Source: Adineta vaga
Taxonomy: Eukaryota > Animalia > Rotifera
DNA length: 64,000 bases
Assembly (NCBI GenBank): GCA_021613535.1
Contig: CP075493.1
Span: 5,890,001-5,954,000, forward strand
Direction of reading: 5' to 3'
Shown here: one piece after another, positions 53,933 to 64,000 of the stretch
How positions within the stretch are numbered: the stretch's first letter is position 1
Layout: the number at the start of each line of letters is the position of its first letter
Position numbers and translations under genes: made by a program
The notes under the pieces: model-generated
What the model was told of the DNA's origin: nothing
Databases searched by the model: none
The model's input: the letters and a program-made list of their open reading frames with translations, nothing else

Positions 53933-56540
53933 TTAACTACTACAGAAAGGTGTGAGTAAAATGAGATTAGAGCTGACTTCTGTAATTGGTGTTTCTTCAT
54001 AAGGTTTATCTTCCATATATAATGTTACCGACTTGTAATTGGACACTTTTGTTGTAGTGGCACTACTACTTACAGGTGCACTGACGGTAAATGTGAAGAT
54101 AGAATTTGTTATGTTGGTTCTATTTTCATAGAACATATTGGAAACCGTTAGTTGATCTGTAATATTATTGGAACTAGCAATTTCATAGGGTAAAATACAT
54201 AGTTCAGATGTATTCAATAATTTCAATGTATCTGTTATGCATAATGTAACATTCAGAGTAGTTGATGCTCGATTATAGATAGTAAACGTCATATTGAGAC
54301 TGCTATTACCAGTTATAATGTACGGTTGATTGATAATATCAATTTTGATTGTAGTAGGGGAAATGATTTGTGTCGTTTGATGTTGAAATTTGTTACCATT
54401 GCTAAGATTAATCATAGTTAACATTCGAAAATCAACATCAGGCACTTGAATTGGTGTTATGAAACCATTTTTTCCAAATGTTGTTGCTTGAAGTTCATTG
54501 ATAACAACACCAAGATTATTTATTAACTTAACTGAACCATTTCGAATATCTGCAGGTAAATCTTCACATACAGTAAGTAGAACAAGATCTGTCTGATTGA
54601 TTAATGGTGCATCTTTTAATGGCATATATTCAATAGCTTCTCTGTTATGTATTTCACATAATTTTGTTGTACAAGAAAGTGAACTATCACTACTTAGTTC
54701 AATATTATGCTTATCTTTATAATATGAACGAAGTTTCCATGTACTTGCTGTCACATTCTCTATCTTATATAATCGAAAAAAATTAGTCGAAGCTATAAGT
54801 GTTGGTGTAATAAGATTTTCCTTTGAATCAATAAGTTCAATAGAACCGGATAAATTTCTAGTTGAACTAATATCAATATTTAATGTAGTCGTTGTTTCAT
54901 CTACTTCGAATGTTAAATTGGTTGGTCCCGCTAAATTGATTGTAAGTAAAGATTGAGCTCGTTCTAAACGACGCATGACATAGTCTGCAGTGGCATTTGC
55001 ATCCCTTGATTGAATTCCAATGGTGAATCCACCAGTGGCCGAAGCCAAATCACGTCCATCGGACCCATCAAGTACTTCTTCACTAACAACTGTGGAAGAA
55101 AGTTGACGTTTTCGTCGACCATAGTATCCATAATTAACATAAAAAGAGTAAACACGAGCATCCAAGTCAAATGCTTTGTTAAGTACTTGACTTCTTAGGA
55201 AGGCATCTTTTGCTGGAGCATCCGTAAATGTGAATACACTAGATTCACGTTCACAGACACTTAATGCTGCATCTAATCCATGATAGTATAATTCAGGTAA
55301 ATCACCACCACCATTAGCTGTCAGTGCAGAAATAGCATCAATCAATACCTAGAATATACAAGACGTGAACTAAATCAACTCAATGAACTGTTCAAACCTG
55401 TGGGTCTGTTGTAATGAGAAGTGGTCCAAATTCAGGATCATTGAATGGAGATAAAATATAAGTTTTTGGACGAAGTATTGCAGAATCACCAGTTGTACTT
55501 TGTACAATTCGAATAGCCATTTGTTTGACGAGTTCAATATATGGAGACATACTACCTGTTGTATCAATTGCAATAGCAAGACTAGTAGTATCAAAGCCAA
55601 GAAAATGTCCAAATTTAGTATCACCCACTTTTCCCCATAGTTTAGATAGACTTTGTTTTGTTGCTTGGTAGGCAACTTGAGCTGCATCATAATGATACTT
55701 TGTTCCATGATCAGAAGTTGTGTCATCTTTGTTAATACCATAACCAACGGCTTCTTCATCTGTTGTTTTATCTTTCGAACCACCATGACTACATTTGCCT
55801 TTTGGTTTACTTGCAAGACCTGTCAGACCAAAATAACCACTGGTTAACCAACCATTTTCAATTATTTCAGGTAAGATATTATTCGTTGCACAACTTGCAT
55901 CAGTACAATTACTACATGTTGCCATGCTCTTAGGAGCATATTTACCAAGCGCAGTACCACTACCAATATTTGCATTCGTTTCACGTCGTCCAAGTTCAAT
56001 CCAATTTGAATGTGCATAAAAATCCTGCATTGTATGCATAGCTTCGCCGAATGAATTTCGTGCACCGTACATACTGTCTGCCTCCAAGTTCGTCTCAGCT
56101 GCATTTAATCGCATGGCTACCAATCCTGATCCTGCTGTAAAACTTTCACTATCGAAATGTGCTCGTTCGCTATAAAACTCTCTGCCATCAATAAAGACGT
56201 TTCCAGTGCAAATAGCATAAACAGCTGAACGAAATGTACTACTTATGTGAAGTCGTTTAACTTCGTTGTTAATCGTTTTAAAATCTGCTTTTACATTGGG
56301 ACAAACACCTGTCGAACTTCCAATACCATCTAATCCGATAGCGTCATGAACAGCTATCAAATAATCAGCTGCAATTCGTAGAAGTGCACATTCAGTTATG
56401 GCATAATGTGATGTACCACGCGATGACGTTCCTGTACTCGTCAAGGGAACAAATCCACCCCATCCAGCAGTAAAACATTCTCCATGACGAATCACTATTG
56501 CTATCCAGATAACAATAATATTCAATAAGTATAGCTTCAT
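53933..56540 (-). CDS. VWA7: VWA7-like secreted protein (Het-C-like N-terminal domain + VWA + Ig-like region)
   Basis: Signal peptide; HFDSESF, HTMQDFYAHSNWIELG and KPKGKCSHGG; MIDAS IDTTGSM; PFNDPEFGP|; GGGDLPE; FTDAPAKD; LASATGG. One certain intron. A possible extra last exon lies at 53874-53812. Confidence 0.85.
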
Positions 56541-57108
56541 TTATTCAATTCGATTGAATTTTGAATTGGAATAATTCTGTTCTTTTTCTTACAAACAGTC
56601 TTCTCAAATTGACAAGTCGTATGAACGACGAATGGCCTATACCTTTAATATTTATACCCTCTTATTTTATAGCAAATAAAAAGGATAGCAAAACTGGAAG
56701 GACAAAATAGTCAGATACTTGACTCATATGAGTACAAGAGACATGTTTTTGAATGTAAATTTTATGAAAACTATTTGACGTCATACACCTTTATTGACTA
56801 GTCATGCATCGTCAATTATTTATAATCAATGGCGAAGAGAAGATACGCATCAATATCTTGATCAGAATAAGGAAGTGATATTCATCAAACTGTCATCTTC
56901 TTTTTGTCACATAAACAAAGTTTTGGTATTATCAAAATCATATAATATTTTAAAAATCATGCACAAACGAATAATCATGAACTAAATTCATTGCTACTTA
57001 ATTGTATTGCGCGAAATCAACTGTAAACATAATATTATAAATATTCTTCTATTCATAACGTCTTTCTAATATTTGTGAAAATGTTTATGTATACAAGGTG
57101 AGTAGTTC

Positions 57109-57746
57109 ATGACTTCTCGATTTTATATCCATTTAACTTCATCAACTAGTTTGGCATCAATCTGTATCATTACTGCTGGTCTACTTGGTCTGATAGTAAC
57201 TATCGTTCCTTCTCTCATACCAATATTTTTAAAAGAAGATCGATCACCATACTATGGTAAATAATTATCATGTCCTTTCTTGTTTATTCTTTTACTTGAA
57301 ATTGGTCTGTAGGAAGTATGCCATTTAGTGCAAGTTATCAATTAAGTAATGGAACTGTTTCCATTGGATCTCTTTCTGATAGTCAACGTACTCATATTCA
57401 CACTCAAGTAGTTAGAAAATTTGAAGTAATCATGATCTGTGTATCTATGATTTTAGTTATCAAATATTGCCATTAAAACAGTGGATATTAGTATAAGTTC
57501 AGCAACGATTATCAGTCCGACACAATCAAAACAGTAGGATTAGTTCTTTCTATCTTTACTCTGATAAAAGCACTTTTTCATATTCTCGATAGTACATTGG
57601 TTCGTCGTCAAACAAGTTCACAACAAATACTTCAACTGAATGGAATTGTTCATGCTCGCGAAGGATGTTTGAGAAAATGTTTAGTTGATTTTGTCAAACA
57701 ATTCAAATCATCTCTTTGCACAATATCATTGACATTAACACAATGA
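57109..57746 (+). CDS. Small type-II membrane protein of unknown function, 4 exons (missed by the ORF track)
   Basis: Four exons join in frame through three ~50-60 nt GT-AG introns: MTSRFY...ICIITAGLLGLIVTIVPSLIPIFLKEDRSPYY|GSMPF...HTQ|LSNIA...QSK|HTLVRRQ...GCLRKCLVDFVKQFKSSLCTISLTLTQ*. Confidence 0.65.
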
Positions 57747-57817
57747 ACATAACAACAAAACATGTTTTTTTTTAGCGGGATTTCTATTTTTTTCTCTTTC
57801 AATACTATTATTTTCAT

Positions 57818-58712
57818 ATGTTTCCAATAAAATCCGACGTAGGTATATCCTCTGAAACTTCGATTAATATCGAATATAAATATGAAAAAGATGATATTCG
57901 ACAATATCGTGCGATAGAGATTGCTAATGAACTAACATTCATCAATCAAAACTTATTACGACGTATTAAACCAGAAGAATTACTCAATCTTGCTTTTTTA
58001 TCTACAGAAAAGGTTCGTTAAGGGAAGATTCAATTCTACTCATTCGATATTTTTTTTGATAAATAGAAAATTCTTGCACCAAATATAACAACGATGCTTG
58101 AATTTTATGAACGAACAATTCTCCTATTTGCTACACAAATATTAAGACATCAAACAGATAAACAACGTGCATCTGTGATCATTCATTTGTTTTCGGTAGA
58201 ATAAAACAGACATTATAAAATCTTGTGTGTAATTATCAACTTCGCTTAGGTTATACAACAATTATATATAAAAAATCATGATATACATAGTATTCGTATT
58301 ATCTTAGCAACATTTGATCATCCATCTGTGTTTCGATTACGTGAAACATGGAGAATTTTTCGACGAGAAAATCCGAATTTTTACACGTAAAGAATACGTT
58401 TCCCAATAGAAAAATCTCGATAATTCTGATTTTAGAGCATTCAAATATCTTTGGAATGTTCTCAGTCAAGAGAATAATTGGTCTGACTATCGTTTATGGT
58501 TGGAAGAAAAATTCATTAAAGATTGTTCAAAGAAAAAACAACCTATGTTACTATTTATCGGTTATTTATTATCCAAGATGATTACAGATCATTATCGATA
58601 TTATCAAATCTTTCCTACGCATTCAGACAAGGAAATTTCATCACGTATTCATCAAACTCTTGTTGAATATATAAAATCATCTCCAAAACAGGTTTTATTG
58701 ATAAAAAAATAA
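57818..58712 (+). CDS. Divergent stand-alone RasGEF (CDC25) domain protein, 4 exons
   Basis: EIANELTFINQNLLRRIKPEELL...K|KILAPNITTMLEFYERTILLFATQILR...RASVIIH...SVFRLRETW...NWSDYR...PMLLFIGYLL follows the CDC25 domain pattern. Confidence 0.75.
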
Positions 58713-58731
58713 GCAATCATTGAAATCTAAT

Positions 58732-60485
58732 TTAATAATCTCGATATCGACGCATAAAATAAAAAAATGTAAAACCCATGATTGCACTCACAAGTAGGAA
58801 AAATGAACATAAAAATACGAAACCACCAAATTCGCCTTTAGTTAATAAACGTGCTGGACGATATTCTGGTTCTAAATAATTCGTTTGATTAATCATATAA
58901 CCTAATGTCCAACCGATTTCATTATTATCAATTGTTTTAATAATATGAAAATTCTTTAAATTACCATCATTCATTCCATAACCATATTCAAATAAAGTCC
59001 AATGATACATTGAATTAAAACATAATACTACAAATTATTAAAACAAAAACAAAAATATCATCGAAAGAAATCTTACATGATCGATATTTATCTGGTTTTG
59101 AAACATCCGACCATGGTTGTTGACATATTCCTTTCATTGCTGTTTTGATTTGAGTAAGATTTGTTGTATTAAAATCATAGTTTCCATCTTTATTTGGTAA
59201 TAAAGTAACATTTTGAGCAAGATTATTAAATGTTGAATACCAAGCTGAAATAGCAATGAATTTAAGTGATGATTCAATTGGTTTTGGTTGATAGACATTA
59301 TCAAAACTACAAGTTGTAAAAGTACATTCAGATGTATTAAAACGTTGTTGTATATTTACAACACATTCATTATAGTTTCCTGTCCCTCTAGAAGGAATAA
59401 AAGTAAAGATTTTGAAGAATAGAGAAAAACAAAAACAAATTCTACATGAATGTAAAATACGATGTTTCATTGAATTGTGGTAATGGTGCCGATCGATTTC
59501 GAACGCAAGGTAATGCAAAAATATCATTATATGTAAAATTTTGTTCAAAACCATTTTGTAAACATGGATCATAAATAATTTCCGATCCACCTGCTTTATT
59601 GATTATCTGACCAAGATAAACATAACGAAATTGTTCAGCACCATTACATAAATATGAATGTGAATAAATATCATATTCAGTATCAAATAAACTCATATTA
59701 AAACGATCATATGTCGCATTCGGTGAATAAAAACTCAATTGTGTACTAGCACCTTTGATAAAAACAACAAAGTACAGATGTATCTGAATTAAAGATCAAA
59801 TAACTATTTAAATATACCTCCCATATCTGTTACACCATATGTTTGTGATGGAATATTATTAATAAATAATTCTTCCAGAAGAATATTTGTTGATATCCAG
59901 CCGGATAAACCTTCTTCAGCGCCACTAATAATTCGAACTTGTTGTTCGGGTGCTTTAAAAAGAAGATCAAGGGAACTGAAATATGTACGTGTTCCGTTCA
60001 ATAATGCATTCGTATACGTCGCATTTTTCATTTCAAAGAGACGAAGACCAGCTGTAGCACCAAGAAAAATAAGTGCGCGATTTTTACGAGTAGACGGTAT
60101 AACATCTATACAAGTCATCATTGCTGAGTTAAAATAGGACTTGATATTTTCCTCAGTTGGATCGCTGATCGATGTAATTGCACCGGTAGGACTACACGAT
60201 TTAATTTGAGTAACACGAGATGTCAATCCAAGTCCATTGGATTTATCTGCTGGCCAACTAAACAGAAAAAAACGGTAGTTTTACATAGACGAACGAGAAT
60301 ATCCTTTACGTATAGACAAAAATTTTTGAATGTGTAGAACCAGCATCGATAACAACTGCATAATCTTGAAATGGTGATAATTTCGTTTGCCAAAGAACAA
60401 TCAATGTGATTAAACCAGCAATGGAAAGAGCACCAAGAATGAGTGCTACAGGACAAAGAAGTTTTATTCGTGTCGGTATCACCAT
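58732..60485 (-). CDS. ENTPD: Ectonucleoside triphosphate diphosphohydrolase (CD39/GDA1 apyrase), two TM helices
   Basis: Apyrase conserved regions VIDAGSTHS, GATAGLR, SGAEEG, DMGGAS and IGWTLGYM, with N- and C-terminal TM segments. Confidence 0.93.
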
Positions 60486-61561
60486 TTCATCGATTTGATT
60501 TTATCTGCAAGAATAAAATTTTTATGTTTAATGATTCAATAATAAAGACACAGAAAAAAAAACGATTTCTTTCCATGAGCAAACTAACAAGTATATATTA
60601 ATCTCGATAGATTATAAGTAAGATGAAACCTAATACAATATTTATCCTATAATGGATATCTGTATTTATCACCAAAATATCTTTCATTCTGTTTTCACTT
60701 CGAACATATTGACTGAAATTTTCATAATAAATACTTTTGACATTTAAATTAAAGAAGTGTATAATCCATTGATCTAATTTGAAATCATCATTATTGGAAA
60801 TTGAATACTTAATGTCGATGATTGATATACAGTATATTACAACATATTAATGATGGAAAGAGGAGAGACATGTTTCTTGTAATGTACATTTAATAGACGT
60901 GTATTTTATGTTGATTATTTCTTACTTAAAAGGTCATTGAAGTTTTTATATAAAGACCATGAATGATTTATCGAACCTATCAAGATTGACGAGAAACAAT
61001 TCTAATATGGTTGAGAATTTTTGTTTAGAAAAAAAACTCACAGTGAGTAAAAACGTTTACTGAGTATATCAAAAAACGAAACTGCGAGTGAAGATAAGAT
61101 AGAAATATGAAATGATATAGACGATATATAAAACTTTAGTCTGAGATTAGAAAAGTCAACTATTCGTCATTGATAGATACGAATTGAACTTAAGTCGAAT
61201 TGTAACTCAATGTAAATCTGCGCGATTTTTGATGATTAGATTCCAGATCTAATTAAACAACTAAACACGATAGATGGCGTTAGTTGATAATTATTTTCTA
61301 CTTTATTTTGAAAATCTATTCTAATCGATTTGTAGATCTATTTTCTCAATAATGAAATTCTTTTGACAAAATCTTAACAAACTTTTCAAATATCTAACAA
61401 TTAATTGATTATTAAAATGAACCAATCAACTATCTTTACTTCTTTGTTCACTATTCCATCAGAACAGCAAAGAGAGCAGAGAGACAGAAAAAAAATCGAA
61501 ATCGTTTCAAACACGTTTTCTTTCTGATGAATATATACTAGTCATTCATTCCAGTAATATT

Positions 61562-63191
61562 ATGCTTGATAATTTAACAATCGATGAACAATCTACAAGT
61601 AAAAGAAATCTTTCTTTGATTCGAAATAGATAATATGATCAGTTCTTATAGATCGTCGATCGATTCGATCATGTCGTTTATCAATTGTAAAATCGAAACC
61701 AACACTTGAAAAGAAAGTAGAAGAATCTATTCCCGATGAGAATGTTATTGAAGAAGAAGATCCACCTGATACATTACAAATAGGTGATATTTTTTGGGTT
61801 CGTGTCGTTGGTAATCCATGGTGGCCAGCGTTGATTTACGGTAAAAAGAAATTTTGATTCATTAAATTATACGAACTAAAAACTTTTATAATTCAGGTGC
61901 ATACTATGAAAATAATATTCATACAAAAGTTATTAAAACCGCTCGTCGAAAAAAAAAACGTATGAATATTTTTCTTTTCATCCATTTCTTTCAAGAAAAT
62001 GCTATTATTTTAGGTGTTTATTTTGTTTATTTTTTCGGTCCTGATTTTGAATATACGTGGACACATGCTAATTTTCTCATACCATATGCTGGTCTTGATG
62101 ATTTCATTCGACAAGCAGAAACATCTGTACAAAATGTTCGTTGTGTTTTGTTTTTTTCTTCGAAATTAGAATATTGATTTTTCTTTTTCTTAAGGCAACA
62201 AGCAAAATTGAACAAGAAACGTTAGCAAATCGTTTTGAATTAAAAGTTTCAGGAAACAAACGCATAGATTGGTAAAATTATCCAATAAATTACGATTGAT
62301 ATATCTTGATTTATTTAACTATTGATTAGGGATAAAGCAATTCAAGAAGCAAATGAAGCATTGAAATTATCTCGAGAAGAACGTGTACAAAATTTCGAAG
62401 AAATATTAAAGAAGATTTTAAAGAACTCAAAAGGTAAAAATAATTGAATTATGATCAAATTAAACATTGATCTATTTAGAAAATAAATCAATTAAACGAA
62501 GACATACTACTGTAACAACACGGCAACCAGTAAATTTATAAAAATTTCATTAGATTAAAAACAAATCTTTGTTGTTCTTATGTTTAGAGAAGAACATTAT
62601 CACCATCTGGAAATAAAACAACAAATCGTTCATCAGTAAAACGACAAAAAACAAGCATGACGGTAATTCATCGTTCTTGATAATAGAAGCTATCCTACCA
62701 TTGTCAAATACCTGAGATATATCGAAGAATAAGAAAGTCTCACATGAGAAATTTTAGCAATTGATTTCTTTCTTTTTCAGTCATTATCATCATCAACAAC
62801 TTTATTACATATTGGTTTACCCACATTAACAAAACGTGAAGAAAAACGTCTTATTAATGATCTTCTTACTCATACCAAAGCTGAAAATCTAACATTAAAT
62901 GAAGCTCAATCATTTGCTTGTCAATTAGCTCGAGATATTATTAAAGAAAATTCACATTATGATATGTCCTGTGTACAAATTGAATGGTTCTATGGTAAAT
63001 TTCTTTTCCTAAACAATCTATTCTTTCATCTATGTCATCTTCTAAATCGTCTAGATTTTCTTCTCAATCATCCGGAAATTGTTTCAAAATATTCTCATTG
63101 GTTTAATGAAGATATTCAACCAATTATGGATGATTCAATTTATTTCAAACAATGTCAAATACGAGATATGATTATGAATTCAAAAGATTAG
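61562..63191 (+). CDS. PWWP-domain protein 1 (NSD-PWWP-like, no SET domain) with a C-terminal CENP-B/pogo-type HTH-like domain
   Basis: IGDIFWVRVVGNPWWPALIY|G...VYFVYFFGPDFEYTW...W|DKAIQEANEALKLSREER. The last two exons encode GLPTLTKREEKRLI...WFY|DFLLNHPEI. Confidence 0.82.
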
Positions 63192-63302
63192 TTTCTCATT
63201 TTTCTTATTTTGTGTGTAAATTGTATAACAATAAAATTTCTATTTTCTTTTTCTTATGGCTAATGTTATACGGAAATAAACAATCAATCTATATTCTTGT
63301 AG

Positions 63303-64000
63303 ATGACAAATTCAATAGATAAATGTACAATAAAAAAGAACTATTATGAAGAATCAATGAATGTACCATCATGTTTAGATAGAAATCAATTGAAACGAAA
63401 ACAATTTGTTGATAATGATATATCACAATCATCAATTTTTGATATTTTGGGAAATGAATTTCAAATTGGAGATATTCTTTGGGCAAAATTACCTGGATTT
63501 TCATGGTAAATAATTGGTTGATTTTCAATAAAGAATGAATTTACTTGTATCTTTAGGTGGCCAACATTTGTTTATGGTAAAAATCTATTGGAATAGATGA
63601 TGTCGAAGATTTCTATTTTAATCTAGGTTGTTTTTATGATGATGGAAATTATGTTAAAGTCATATGTAAGTGATTTCCTGAATGAAATTATATTCAATTG
63701 TTTGAATACTTTATAGCAAAACCTGGATTACCGATTAAAAAGCAATATTTCGTCTATTGTTTTGGTTCTCATTTCAAAGTATGAGAATAAATCTGATTGA
63801 TGGATTGAATGTATGTATGTTGATCAATTTTTTAGCATGCATGGGTTCACGAAACATATCTTCATCGATATGAAGGTTTAGAAGAATTTGTTAGATATTC
63901 CGAACATCAAGTTGAACAGGTAAGGATGTTTGCTTAGTGATGTATTGTCTCTAGGATGAACTTTTTCAGGCATCATCAAAACGAACTGAAGAAAAACTAC
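63303..64000 (+). CDS. PWWP-domain protein 2, tandem paralog; runs off the right edge
   Basis: IGDILWAKLPGFSW|WPTFVY|GCFYDDG...YFVYCFGSHFK|HAWVHE...YEGLEEFVR...EQ|ASSK is collinear with paralog 1. Confidence 0.85.

Noticed and set aside
1-64000. Prokaryotic systems (CRISPR arrays, defence operons, prophage) and rRNA/tRNA genes
   Set aside because: The DNA is intron-rich and eukaryotic. No repeat-spacer arrays or structured RNA gene signatures were seen.

Overview
AT-rich, gene-dense eukaryotic DNA with many ~50-65 nt GT-AG introns. It mixes metazoan genes with bacterial-like genes that carry introns, a profile most consistent with a bdelloid rotifer (inference). About 19 genes were reconstructed by manual splicing. 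In order: ALDH3 (cut by the left edge); a 14.5 kb jitterbug/FLN-2-type filamin hosting an antisense PRD-class homeobox gene in one intron; LITAF; an intronless DUF5672 gene; nephrin/Sns-like; a frameshifted sPLA2-like gene; a Trio/UNC-73 GEF2-type RhoGEF with several alternative first and last exons; a bacterial SodA-type SOD; a GH32 levanase-like gene; Rap1; PPEF/rdgC; TDP2; VWA7-like; a small TM gene; a divergent RasGEF; ENTPD/CD39; and two tandem PWWP genes. The best leads are: (1) a bacterial-type Mn-SOD apparently retargeted to the secretory pathway (signal peptide, 4 N-glycosylation sequons, C-terminal RSDL), tail-to-tail with a bacterial-type GH32; (2) a PWWP protein fused to what looks like a pogo/CENP-B-type transposase helix-turn-helix; (3) the nested homeobox gene; (4) a 116-aa non-filamin cassette inserted inside a filamin repeat; (5) an (AT)7 microsatellite that puts the GH32 signal peptide out of frame. 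Family assignments come from motif recognition only; no searches were run. No rRNA, tRNA or CRISPR features were seen.
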